Assembly: GCA_963770895.1 (NCBI GenBank)
Contig: CAVYRF010000002.1
Location: forward strand, 2,400,001-2,464,000
Source of the DNA: an uncultured Acidobacteriota bacterium
GTDB lineage: Bacteria > Acidobacteriota > Thermoanaerobaculia > Multivoradales > UBA5704
Direction: 5' to 3'
DNA: 64,000 bases
Below the pieces are notes generated by a model. That model saw only the letters and a list, made by a program, of their open reading frames with translations, searched no databases and was not told the origin of the DNA. Positions within the stretch are counted from its first letter, which is position 1, and the number at the start of each line of letters is the position of its first letter. The translations under genes and the position numbers were made by a program. Below are positions 50,004 to 59,521 of this stretch, piece after piece.

Positions 50004-51152
50004 ATGCCACAGACGTCGCGAACCATGAAGTGGGTATCGCGCGGGAGCGTCCCGGCGCTATTGGTTTCGGGCGTTCTTGCGGCCCTCGCGGGCAGCTGCG
50101 CTCCGTATAAAGCCTTCGACTCGGCAGGGTTCGTGCACACGCAGATCGCACAACAGGCCGGAACGGATCTCGCCGGGCAGGTCGAAGTCCCCTTCACCAT
50201 CAACGGCGAGGTGCGGGACGCCTTCAAGCTGCACAACCGGCTTGGCGCGACCGAGGAAACCAGGGTCAGACAGGTGCTGGACTTCATTTTCCAACAGGTG
50301 GGGCTCACCTACGAGATGCTGCCTACCCGCGACGCGATCGCCACCTTCCGGGACCGCAAGGGCAACTGCCTGTCCTTCGTCAACCTGTTCGTGGGCGTGG
50401 CGCGCGACGTCGGATTCGCGCCGTTCTACGTCGAGGTGGCCGACTACCAACGCTGGAACCATCGCGCCGGCCTGGTGATCAGCCAGGGGCACATCGTCGC
50501 CGGTCTCTACCTGACCGGCACGCTCAAGACCTACGACTTCGTGCCCTATCGGGACAAGGCCTACCGCCAGCTCAAGCCGATCGACGACCTGACCGCGGTG
50601 GCCCACTACTACAACAACCTGGGGGCCGAAGCCCTGATGGCCGGCAACATCGGCGAAGCGCGCCGCCTGGTCGGCATCGCCGCCCGCCTGGCACCGCGTT
50701 TCCCCAACGCGCTCAACAACCTGGGCGTCTGCCTGGAGCACTCCGGCGACCGCCAGGGCGCCCTGGCCCAGTATGAAAAGGCGCTGCAGGTCGATCCCAC
50801 CAACACCATGGTGATGACCAACATGCTGCGCATCTACCAGCAGCAGGGGCGCGTCGCCGAAGCGGAAGAGCTGGAGACCAAGGTGAAGGATTCCAATACC
50901 GGCAATCCCTTCTTCTTCGTCTACCTGGGAGAGATGGCGCTGGCCGCGGGCGACACCACCAAGGCCCTGGACTACATGGTCCACGCACTGCGCCTCGAAA
51001 GCGAGCTGCCCGAAGTGCAGCTCGGTCTGGCCAAGGTTTATCTGGCGCAGGGCGACCTCGATCGCGCACGCCATTTCGTGGAACGCGCGATGCAACTGGA
51101 CCCGAGCGACAAGGAGGTGCAGAGGTATGCGCAAATGCTCGGCAAATCCTGA
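50004..51152 (+). CDS. Transglutaminase-like (Cys-His-Asp) domain plus TPR protein, probable lipoprotein
   Basis: LAGSC lipobox, GNCLSF (Cys), GHIV (His), YDF (Asp), then YNNLG/NNLG TPRs. Confidence 0.78.
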   Translation: MPQTSRTMKWVSRGSVPALLVSGVLAALAGSCAPYKAFDSAGFVHTQIAQQAGTDLAGQVEVPFTINGEVRDAFKLHNRLGATEETRVRQVLDFIFQQVGLTYEMLPTRDAIATFRDRKGNCLSFVNLFVGVARDVGFAPFYVEVADYQRWNHRAGLVISQGHIVAGLYLTGTLKTYDFVPYRDKAYRQLKPIDDLTAVAHYYNNLGAEALMAGNIGEARRLVGIAARLAPRFPNALNNLGVCLEHSGDRQGALAQYEKALQVDPTNTMVMTNMLRIYQQQGRVAEAEELETKVKDSNTGNPFFFVYLGEMALAAGDTTKALDYMVHALRLESELPEVQLGLAKVYLAQGDLDRARHFVERAMQLDPSDKEVQRYAQMLGKS

Positions 51153-53313
51153 TCCCCGCATCCGGCCGGCGCTGCTGGTTCTGGCGCTGCTGGCCCTGAT
51201 CGCCGTGCCCGCCGGCGCCAAACCCGACGTGCCCAGCTTTCAGGACACCACCCAGGTGGTTTCGATCGAAGTCCCGGTCGAAGTCATCGGCCGCGACGGC
51301 CTGCCGGTGCGCGGTCTCAAGGCGGACGACTTCACCGTCCTCGACGACGGCGCGCGCCAGCCGCTGAAAAGCTTCCGCGTCGTCGACCTGGACCGCCTGG
51401 AGCCGCGCGGCAAACCGATCGCCGCCGAAGCGCAGGAGCTGGATGCCGGCGCCCGCCGCCATTTCATGCTGCTGTTCGACCTGTCGTTCGCACGCCCCGC
51501 CGCGGTGCTGCGCGCCCGCCAGGCGGCGCTCGACCTGGTGCTGCACTCGCTGCGTCCGACCGACCTGGCCGCCGTCGCCACCTACTCGCTGCAGAACGGG
51601 GCGCGGTTGGTGGTGACCTTCACCTCCGATCGCGCCCAGCTGGCGCGCGGCATCCAATCGCTCGGCCTCGACAAGGTTTTCGACACCAACAAGAGCGATC
51701 CGCTGCGGTTTGTCATCGCGCCGCCCACCATCGCCGACCTCGCCGGCGGCGGCACGCCGCAGCGTTCCCAAAGCCGCAATGCCAACGATTCGGTGGTTGC
51801 CGAGAGCCTCGACGAGATGCGGCGCGCCAACGAAAGGGTGGACCGCTCGATCGGCCGCGACACGGTCAAGAGCTTCATGCAGTCGCTTGCCGACCTGGCC
51901 AAGGTGCTGGGTCAGCTCAAGGGGCGCAAGCACGTGATCCTGTTCTCGGAGGGCTTCGACAGCCGCCTGCTGGTCGGCCACGACACCGACAGCCAGGAAG
52001 CCGCCACCGACAACTTCAACGCCGCCTTCGGCGAGCTGTGGAAGGTCGACAACGACACCCGCTACGGCAACACCCAGCTGCAAGGGGAGCTGGCGCGGAT
52101 GCTGCGCGAATTCAAGCGCGCCGACGCGGTCATCGAAGCGGTGGACATCGCCGGCCTGCGCGCCGGCGGTGACGCCAGCGAAGCCGGGGTCGGTACGCAC
52201 GTCAACGGCGACGAAGGGCTGTTCGAGATGGCGGACGGCACCGGCGGCGCGCTGTTCAAGGACGCCAACAATTTCAAGGCGCAGCTCGACCAGGTGCTGG
52301 ACCGCACGACGGTCACCTACCTGCTCAGCTTCGAGCGCTCCGACCTCAAGGACGACGGCGCTTTCCACCGCCTGGAGGTGAAGGCCAGGATCCCGCCGGG
52401 GGCACGCATCTCGTATCGCACCGGCTACTACGGACCGCGCCCTTTCCGCGAGCTCGATCCGCTAGAAAAGGTGCTGCTGGCTTCCGAGAGCGTCGCCAGC
52501 GCGTCGCCGCGCGCCGACCTGGACATGAACGTGCTGATCAGCTCGTTCCGCGAAAGCGCCGGCAAAGCCTACGTGCCGGTCATCGTCGAGGTGCCGGGCC
52601 AGCGCCTGATCGCCGCCAGCCGCGGCGATCACGTCAACATCGAAATCTACGCCTACGTGAGCGACCAGCACGGCGAGATGCAGGACTTCTTCACCCAGAA
52701 GGTGGCGGTGGACCTCAAGAAGGGCAAGGACGCCCTGGCGGAGGGCCTCAAGTACTACGGTCACGTCGATCTGCGCCCCGGCAACTACCGGGTGCGCATC
52801 CTGGTGCGCGACTCCGACAGCGGCGCCACCGCGGTGCAGACCGAGCGGCTGTCCATACCCGCCTGGGATGCCGGCCAGCCGGTCCTGCTGCCCCCCTTCT
52901 TCATCGACTCGCGCAGTGGCTGGCTGATGGTGCGCGAGCGCTCGGCCGATGCGGCAAAGAAGGGGGCGGTGCTCTACCCCTTCACCGTCAACGGCGAACC
53001 CTACGTGCCGGCGGCGCTCCCGGAGCTGGCCGGCGACCAGGCGGCCAAGCTCTGCCTGGTGGCCTATAACCTGGGTGCCGGCGATCTCGCGCTGCAGGGC
53101 AACGTCGTGGGCGCGGATGGCGCACCGCATGCCGGCGGCAGCCTGCGCCTGGTGGCGCGCACCGCGACCGGCGTGTCGGGTTTTGACAAGCTGCTCGCCA
53201 CCTTCCAGCCGACCGGTCTGGACGCCGGGCGGTACACCCTGCAGGTCGCGGTCACCGACCCGCGGACAGGTCACAAGGAGATGAGCTCGGTGCCGTTCCA
53301 GGTGGTCCATTGA
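51127..53313 (+). CDS. Exported VWA-domain protein (VWFA-related acidobacterial type)
   Basis: V.V.V..RDG.PVRGL..DDF.V.DDG, LLFDLS, GRK.VILFSEG, MA..TGG, YLL.F..., R.GYY. Confidence 0.85.
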   Translation: MRKCSANPDPRIRPALLVLALLALIAVPAGAKPDVPSFQDTTQVVSIEVPVEVIGRDGLPVRGLKADDFTVLDDGARQPLKSFRVVDLDRLEPRGKPIAAEAQELDAGARRHFMLLFDLSFARPAAVLRARQAALDLVLHSLRPTDLAAVATYSLQNGARLVVTFTSDRAQLARGIQSLGLDKVFDTNKSDPLRFVIAPPTIADLAGGGTPQRSQSRNANDSVVAESLDEMRRANERVDRSIGRDTVKSFMQSLADLAKVLGQLKGRKHVILFSEGFDSRLLVGHDTDSQEAATDNFNAAFGELWKVDNDTRYGNTQLQGELARMLREFKRADAVIEAVDIAGLRAGGDASEAGVGTHVNGDEGLFEMADGTGGALFKDANNFKAQLDQVLDRTTVTYLLSFERSDLKDDGAFHRLEVKARIPPGARISYRTGYYGPRPFRELDPLEKVLLASESVASASPRADLDMNVLISSFRESAGKAYVPVIVEVPGQRLIAASRGDHVNIEIYAYVSDQHGEMQDFFTQKVAVDLKKGKDALAEGLKYYGHVDLRPGNYRVRILVRDSDSGATAVQTERLSIPAWDAGQPVLLPPFFIDSRSGWLMVRERSADAAKKGAVLYPFTVNGEPYVPAALPELAGDQAAKLCLVAYNLGAGDLALQGNVVGADGAPHAGGSLRLVARTATGVSGFDKLLATFQPTGLDAGRYTLQVAVTDPRTGHKEMSSVPFQVVH

Positions 53314-53341
53314 GGCCGCCCCGGCGGACAACGCGTCCCTG

Positions 53342-54625
53342 ATGGCGGCCGGCGAGCGGCCTGCCGCGCCCGCCACGGCCGGCGCGCCGGCGACGGTTGC
53401 AACGTCCGCGGCGCTCCCGGCGGTCCCGGCGCTGCCGGCGATCGACGTCCACCTCCTGCCCGGCCGCGACAAGGCGGTGCGCGAAGGGCATCCCTGGGTG
53501 TTTTCCGGCGCCGTGGCGCGGGTCGTGGGGCCGCGCGATGCCGCGGTGGCGCGCGTCTTCGACGCCGGGGGGCGGCCGCTGGGGGTTGGCTGGTTCAGCC
53601 CGCGGTCGCAGATCCGCGTGCGGCTGCTGCAGGCGGCAGCAGGCGTTGCGCTGCCGGACCAGGCGCTGTTCGCCGCCCGCCTGGACGAGGCGGCGCGCCT
53701 GCGGCGGACGGTGGTGCCCGGCGACACCTCCGGCTACCGCCTGCTCAACGCCGAGGGCGACGGGCTGCCGGGATGGACCGTCGACCGCTTCGGCGCCACC
53801 CTGGTCAGCCAGATCACGGTCGCCGGCTTGGAAGCGATGCGCGACGACGCCTACGCGGCGCTCGCCGCACTGGCGCCCGACTGCGCGATCGTGCAGCTCG
53901 ACGATCTGCCGGCGCGCCGCGCCGAGGGGTTGCCGGTGGCCAAGGGACGCCGGGAGGTGCGCGGCGCGGCGCCCGACGAAGCGGCCTTCCAGGAATCGGG
54001 GCTGCGCTTCGTCGCCGACCTGACGGCGGGGCAGAAGACCGGCTTTTACTGCGACCAGCGCGACAACCGCCGGCGCGTCGAGCGGCTGGCCGCGGGGCGG
54101 TCGGTGCTCGACCTGTTCGCCCACTCCGGGGCGTTCGGCCTGTACGCGTTGCGCGGCGGCGCGCGGCGGGTGACGCACGTCGAGTCGGCGGCACGGGCGA
54201 TCGAGCATGGCCGCCGGCACTACGCCGACAACGGCCTGGCGGACGCCCCGGTCGAATGGGTCAGGGCCAACGTCTGGGAAGATCTGCGCCAGCGCGAAGA
54301 TCTATACGACATGGTGGTCTGCGACCCGCCGCCGCTGGCCCGCCAGCGCGGCAGCCTGGACGCCGCGGCGCGCGCCTACAAGGACGTCAACCGCCTGGCC
54401 TTCGCCCGGCTGGCGGCGGGCGGCCTGCTGTTCACCTTCAGCTGCAGCGGCGCGGTGGATGCCAAGCTGTTCCGCCAGGTCCTGTTTGCCGCGGCGGTCG
54501 AAGCCGGCGTGCGGGTCGCCCTGCTCGAACAGCTGGGCGCCGCGCCGGACCACCCGATCGCCATCACCCACCCCCAGGGGGAGTACCTGAAGGGGTGGCT
54601 GGCCGTGGTGCAGGGCCGGCCCTGA
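53342..54625 (+). CDS. rlmI: RlmI-like SAM-dependent rRNA (m5C) methyltransferase with PUA domain
   Basis: GHPWVF, RL.NAEGDGLPG..VD.F, GQKTGF..DQRDNR, VLDLF..SG.F, DPP, TFSCS, DHP.....P.GEYLK. Confidence 0.88.
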   Translation: MAAGERPAAPATAGAPATVATSAALPAVPALPAIDVHLLPGRDKAVREGHPWVFSGAVARVVGPRDAAVARVFDAGGRPLGVGWFSPRSQIRVRLLQAAAGVALPDQALFAARLDEAARLRRTVVPGDTSGYRLLNAEGDGLPGWTVDRFGATLVSQITVAGLEAMRDDAYAALAALAPDCAIVQLDDLPARRAEGLPVAKGRREVRGAAPDEAAFQESGLRFVADLTAGQKTGFYCDQRDNRRRVERLAAGRSVLDLFAHSGAFGLYALRGGARRVTHVESAARAIEHGRRHYADNGLADAPVEWVRANVWEDLRQREDLYDMVVCDPPPLARQRGSLDAAARAYKDVNRLAFARLAAGGLLFTFSCSGAVDAKLFRQVLFAAAVEAGVRVALLEQLGAAPDHPIAITHPQGEYLKGWLAVVQGRP

Positions 54626-54734
54626 AGCTTGCGGCGGTTGCCGCGAGCTCGCAGCATCGGCACTAGCACTATCTGCCTATCGCAGTGTTCTGCAGGCAGG
54701 TATAATGCGCTAGCCGACAAAAGGGAGAGCGCTA

Positions 54735-57017
54735 ATGCCTGTTTGCTACCGTGCTCCGCGTCGCGGTTTCAGCTCCTCCAAGCTGTCCGGGAGGCTGCGG
54801 GCGATCGTCGTCCTGGCGATCAGCATCGCCACCGCCAATGCCGCCGCCGCGCAAGCGCCGCCCGCCTTGCGCGGCTTTTCCGAGTCCACCCAGGTCACCG
54901 CGGTGGAGATCCCGGTGCAGGTGTCGCGCGACGGCCAGGCGGTGCGCGGCCTGACCGCCGCCGACTTTGAAGTGTGGAACGGCAAGACGCTCGCGCCCAT
55001 CACCGGCTTCGACGTCATCGACCTGGCGATGCCGGGCGCGCAGCGCCTGTCGGCGCCCATCCCGGCGGCGGCGCGGCGCCACTTCCTGCTGCTGTTCGAC
55101 CTCGCCTACTCGGAGCCGAAGTCGATCGTCAAGGCGCGCGAGGCGGCGCGCGGGGTGCTGATCAAGCAGCTGGTGCCGTCCGACCTGGTGGCCGTGGCAA
55201 CCTACGCCCACAGCACCGGTCCGCGGCTGGTCCTCGGCTTCACCTCGGACCAGCGCCAGATCGCGGCGGCGATCGACCACCTCGGCCTGCCCGAGCTGGT
55301 GGACCGCTCCGCCGACCCCCTGCGCCTGATGGCCGACGAGTTCAAACAGGACCTGCAGACCCCCAGCAACACCATCGGCAGCCAGAACGGCGGCCTGGTC
55401 GGCAAGGCCAACATGCAGCAGATGCAGGCGCAGTTCCTCGAAGAGATCGCGCGGGCGAGCGAGAAGGCGAACCGCGCCGACCAGCTGGCCAACGTCGCTG
55501 CCCTGGCGCAATCGTTCACCGATCTGGCCAGGCTGATGGCGAGCGTCGGCGGCCGCAAGCAGGTGATCTACCTGTCGGAAGGCTTTGCCAGCAACCTGCT
55601 GCAGGGCACCGGGTCGAAGAAGGAGCAGGACAACATGGCCGATTCGGTGATCTACGGCCAGAGCTACGACGTCGACTCCGACGCGCGCTTCGGCAACACC
55701 CACCAGAACAACCTGATGGAAAAGATGATGGAGGCGTTCCGCCGCAGCGACTGCGTCATCCAGTCGATCGACATCGGCGGCCTGCGCGGCATGGGCGACC
55801 AGGGCGCGGTGCGCTCCTCGGGCGAGGCGACGCTGTTCCAGATGGCGCACGACACCGGCGGCGAGCTGTTCCGCAGCTTCAACGACCTGGGGGAAGCGAT
55901 GCACCGCCTGCTGGCGGAGACCAGCGTCACCTACCTGCTGACCATCCAGCCGACGGGCCTGGCGGCCGACGGCAGCTTCCACAAGCTCAAGGTGCAGCTC
56001 AAGAACGCCTCGCGCGAGGTGCAGGTCTCCTTCCGTTCGGGCTTCTACGCCCCGGTGGCGTACTCCAAGGAGTCGCCGCTGGCGCGGAACCTGTCGGCCG
56101 CCAACACGCTGATGAGCGGGCCGCGCTCGGGCACGGTGGACATGGCGGTGCTCTCGGCGCCCTTCCGCGCCGCCGGCGCCAAGGCCTACGTGCCGGTGGT
56201 GATCGAAACCGACGGTCCGACGCTCATCGCCGGCATGGCGCTGCCGGCCGCCGGGGCCGCGGGGGCGGCAGGGGCCGGGGGGGCGGCAGCCAGCCGATCG
56301 GAGGCCGCGGTGGCGGCGGACCAGCTGCCGGCCGAGATCTACATCTACGCCGTGGACGCGCAGGGCCAGATCCAGGACTACCTCGACCAGGCGCTGCGCT
56401 TCGATCTTGCCAAGGCGCCGCCGGCGCTGCGCCAGGGAGGGCTCAAGTTCTTCGGCCACCTGGAGCTGCCGCCGGGGACCTACTGGCTGCGCGTGCTGGT
56501 GCGCAACGGCGCGACCGGCGCCTTCGGCATGCGCGCAACGCAGCTGGTGGTGCCGGAATTCGACGCCGCCAAGCCGGTGCTGCTGCCGCCGTTCTTCCCC
56601 GAGGCGCCCGGACACTGGCTGATCGTGCGCGAGCAGCCGCGCGGCGCCCTGCGCAACGCGTCCTATCCCTTCATGGTCGCCCAGCAGCCCTTCATCCCCG
56701 CCTCGCGGCCGGGGTTCGCGCCGGGCCAGGAGGTGCCGGTGGCGCTCATCGGCTACAACCTGGGCGACGCCGCGATGAAGCCGTCGGCGCACGTCGTCGC
56801 CGCGGACGGCCGCGACCTGGGGGCGGCGGCGCTGATCGTCGCCGGCCGCGCCGCCGGCCAGGACGGCAAGCCCGACCAGTACAAGGCGTCCTTCCGGCTG
56901 CCGGCGTCGCTGCCGCCCGGCGAGTACCAACTGGTCCTCGCCCTCGACCCGGCCGCCGCGGCCGGCACCTTCGCGCCGACCAGCGCCGGCAGCTTCGCCG
57001 TGCCGGCGCTGCATTGA
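54735..57017 (+). CDS. Exported VWA-domain protein, paralogue of 51127-53313
   Basis: Same motif order (RRHF.LLFDL, D..AVATY, GRK.VI..SEGF, D.R.GNT, MA..TGG, KAYVPV..E, GLK..GH..L.PG.Y..R.LVR, PVLLPPFF, YPF.V); TATAAT at 54701 and GGGAG SD upstream. Confidence 0.85.
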   Translation: MPVCYRAPRRGFSSSKLSGRLRAIVVLAISIATANAAAAQAPPALRGFSESTQVTAVEIPVQVSRDGQAVRGLTAADFEVWNGKTLAPITGFDVIDLAMPGAQRLSAPIPAAARRHFLLLFDLAYSEPKSIVKAREAARGVLIKQLVPSDLVAVATYAHSTGPRLVLGFTSDQRQIAAAIDHLGLPELVDRSADPLRLMADEFKQDLQTPSNTIGSQNGGLVGKANMQQMQAQFLEEIARASEKANRADQLANVAALAQSFTDLARLMASVGGRKQVIYLSEGFASNLLQGTGSKKEQDNMADSVIYGQSYDVDSDARFGNTHQNNLMEKMMEAFRRSDCVIQSIDIGGLRGMGDQGAVRSSGEATLFQMAHDTGGELFRSFNDLGEAMHRLLAETSVTYLLTIQPTGLAADGSFHKLKVQLKNASREVQVSFRSGFYAPVAYSKESPLARNLSAANTLMSGPRSGTVDMAVLSAPFRAAGAKAYVPVVIETDGPTLIAGMALPAAGAAGAAGAGGAAASRSEAAVAADQLPAEIYIYAVDAQGQIQDYLDQALRFDLAKAPPALRQGGLKFFGHLELPPGTYWLRVLVRNGATGAFGMRATQLVVPEFDAAKPVLLPPFFPEAPGHWLIVREQPRGALRNASYPFMVAQQPFIPASRPGFAPGQEVPVALIGYNLGDAAMKPSAHVVAADGRDLGAAALIVAGRAAGQDGKPDQYKASFRLPASLPPGEYQLVLALDPAAAAGTFAPTSAGSFAVPALH

Positions 57018-57048
57018 CGGGGCTGCCCGCCGTCGCGTAAGACAGTCG

Positions 57049-57077
57049 TTGACACGTTGCTTTGGGCTTGGTAGCCT
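57049..57077 (+). promoter_or_regulatory. Sigma70 promoter of the tRNA-Val/thrS region
   Basis: TTGACA (57049-57054), 17 nt, TAGCCT (57072-57077) preceded by TG. Confidence 0.7.
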
Positions 57078-57115
57078 TTCTGTCCCTTGACGGCAGGTGC
57101 TGTTTCGGGAGACGC

Positions 57116-57192
57116 AGGCCCGTAGCTCAGCTGGTTAGAGCGCTACGTTGACATCGTAGAGGTCAGCGGTTCAAGTCCGCTCGGGCCTACCA
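57116..57192 (+). tRNA. tRNA-Val (anticodon GAC)
   Basis: Acceptor AGGCCCG/CGGGCCT, D-arm AGCTCAGCTGGTTAGAGC, anticodon arm CTACG-TTGACAT-CGTAG, GGTTCAAGTCC, ACCA end. Confidence 0.96.
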
Positions 57193-57375
57193 TCAACAAA
57201 GAAGCACGAGATACGAGAAGCTCTGCACGCCAACCGATCCTCTTCCGCACCGCAATCGCTGCCCCGTCAGGCGGCCTCGATGATCTGCGGCGCGCACGTG
57301 TCCGGCTTGCCGGCGCTGACAGAGGTTGCGCGCATGGCTCGTGTCGCCGCCGCCGGTCCTGGCTTCCATCTCAGC

Positions 57376-57452
57376 AGGCGCTTAGCTCAGCTGGTTAGAG
57401 CGCTACCTTCACACGGTAGAGGTCAGCGGTTCGAATCCGCTAGCGCCTACCA
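57376..57452 (+). tRNA. tRNA-Val (anticodon CAC)
   Basis: Acceptor AGGCGCT/AGCGCCT, anticodon arm CTACC-TTCACAC-GGTAG, GGTTCGAATCC, ACCA end. Confidence 0.96.
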
Positions 57453-57541
57453 ACCCCTGCACACTTTGCTCCTGTCCGCCTCGTGATCGTCCCCACGCTC
57501 GTCGCGACCGGAGCGCCCCTGGCGCGCCCGGACGCCGTCTG

Positions 57542-59479
57542 ATGGCGACGGCGACCGAGGTCCTGCGCCTCACCCTCCCGGACGGCTCCGTACGCGAAGT
57601 GGCCGCCGGCGCCACGCCGCTCACGGTGGCGGCGTCGATCGGCCGCCGTCTGGCGGCGGATGCCATCGGCGCCGAGCTGGACGGCCGGCGGATCGACCTG
57701 CGCCAGCCGCTGCCCGGCGGCGGCAACTTCCGCATCTTCACCGCCAAGAGCCCCGAATCGGGCGAGCTGCTGCGCCATAGTGCCGAGCACGTGCTGGCGG
57801 ATGCGGTCAAGCGGTTGTGGCCGGACGTGGAGATCGACGTCGGCCGCAAGGACCACAGCGAGAAGTTCCAGTACGACTTCCGCTTCCCGCGCGCCTTCAC
57901 GCCTGAAGACCTCGAAGCGATCGAAGCCAAGATGCGCGAGATCCTTGCCGAAGGCAACGCCTTCGAGCGCATCGAAGTGAGCCGCGACGAAGCGGCGGAG
58001 CTGTTCGGGCGCCTGGGCGAGCGGCTGAAGGTCGAGCGGCTCAAGGAGATCCCGGCGGGCGAAACGATCACCCTGTATCGCCATGGTGGTTTCACCGACC
58101 TCTGCCGCGGTCCGCACGCCCAGCGCACGTCGCAGATCGGCGCCGTCAAGCTGCTGGAATCGTCGGCGTCGTTCTACAAGGGCGACGAAGCGGGCGAGCG
58201 GCTGCAGCGGATCTACGGCACGGCCTTCGCCACCCAGGCCGACCTGGACGCCTACCTGGCGCGGCAGGAAGAGGCGCGGGCGCGCGACCATCGCCGCCTG
58301 GGACAGGACCTGGACCTTTTCAGCTTCAGCCCGTCGGCGCCGGCGTCGCCCTTTCTGCACCCGCGCGGCGCGGTGATCTACAACGGCCTGGTCGATTACG
58401 TGCGGGACCTCTACGCACGCTACGGCTACGGCGAAGTGATCACGCCGCAGATCCTGGACCTGGAGCTGTGGCGGACGTCCGGCCATCTCGCCAACTACTC
58501 CGACGCGATGTTCTACACCGAGGTGGACGAGCGGAAGTTCGCGGTCAAGCCGATGAACTGCCCGTCGCACTGCCTGATCTTCGCCACGCGCTTGCGTTCC
58601 TACCGCGATCTGCCGATCCGCTACGCGGACTTCGGCCGCCTCCACCGCTACGAACGCAGCGGTGTGACCAACGGTCTGTTCAGGGTGCGCTCCTTCTCGC
58701 AGGACGACGCACACATCTTTTTGATGGAGGAACAGATCGAGGAAGAAGTGCTGGCCGTGGTCAACATGATCATGGAGGTGTATCGGACGTTCGGCTTCGA
58801 GCAGGTGGCGGTGGAGCTTTCCACCCGCCCGGCCAAGTCGATCGGCAGCGCCGAAACCTGGCAGCACGCCGAAGCGGCGCTGGCAGCGGCGCTGGCCAAA
58901 GGTGGCGTCCAATACAAGGTGAACCCCGGCGACGGCGCCTTCTACGGCCCCAAGATCGATTTCCACGTCGGCGACGCGCTGGGCCGCACCTGGCAGCTGG
59001 GAACGATCCAGCTGGACTACCAGATGCCCGAGCGCTTCGGGCTGCGCTACGTCGGCGCCGACGGCGCGGAGCACCAGCCGGTGATGATCCACCGTGCCAT
59101 GCTGGGGTCGGTCGAGCGCTTCATGGCCATCCTGCTGGAGCAGACGGCAGGCGCCCTGCCGCTGTGGCTGGCACCGGTGCAGGCCGCGATCCTGCCGCTG
59201 TCCGAAAAGTTCACCGCCTACGGCGAGCAGGTGCGCGCCCAGCTCGCCGCCGCCGGCATGCGCGTGGAGCTCGATCAGCGCAACGAAAAGCTGGGCTACA
59301 AGATCCGCGAAGCGCAGGTGCAGAAGATCCCATTCATGCTGGTCCTGGGCGGACGCGAAGAGCAGGCGGGCGCGGTTGCCGTGCGCCGTCGCGCGGGCGA
59401 AGACCTGGGCGCCATGCCGACGCAGGAATTTCTGGCGCGGGTCCGCGATCTCGTGGATCGCCGCAGCCTCGAACTTTGA
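57542..59479 (+). CDS. thrS: Threonine--tRNA ligase
   Basis: TGS LPDG, RHSAEH, DLCRGPH, RDHR.LG, KPMNCP.H, HRYE.SG, F.QDDAH, GAFYGPKID, HRA.LGS.ERF. Confidence 0.98.
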   Translation: MATATEVLRLTLPDGSVREVAAGATPLTVAASIGRRLAADAIGAELDGRRIDLRQPLPGGGNFRIFTAKSPESGELLRHSAEHVLADAVKRLWPDVEIDVGRKDHSEKFQYDFRFPRAFTPEDLEAIEAKMREILAEGNAFERIEVSRDEAAELFGRLGERLKVERLKEIPAGETITLYRHGGFTDLCRGPHAQRTSQIGAVKLLESSASFYKGDEAGERLQRIYGTAFATQADLDAYLARQEEARARDHRRLGQDLDLFSFSPSAPASPFLHPRGAVIYNGLVDYVRDLYARYGYGEVITPQILDLELWRTSGHLANYSDAMFYTEVDERKFAVKPMNCPSHCLIFATRLRSYRDLPIRYADFGRLHRYERSGVTNGLFRVRSFSQDDAHIFLMEEQIEEEVLAVVNMIMEVYRTFGFEQVAVELSTRPAKSIGSAETWQHAEAALAAALAKGGVQYKVNPGDGAFYGPKIDFHVGDALGRTWQLGTIQLDYQMPERFGLRYVGADGAEHQPVMIHRAMLGSVERFMAILLEQTAGALPLWLAPVQAAILPLSEKFTAYGEQVRAQLAAAGMRVELDQRNEKLGYKIREAQVQKIPFMLVLGGREEQAGAVAVRRRAGEDLGAMPTQEFLARVRDLVDRRSLEL

Positions 59480-59521
59480 ACGGGCGGTATCGCCCAGCAC
59501 TCACAAGGGGGTGAGTTGAGC

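Noticed and set aside
57116-57540. tRNA-Val pair as an integrated-element attachment site, or a T-box before thrS
   Set aside because: Both tRNAs are complete with different anticodons, no integrase or duplicated 3' fragment is seen, and no T-box consensus is present
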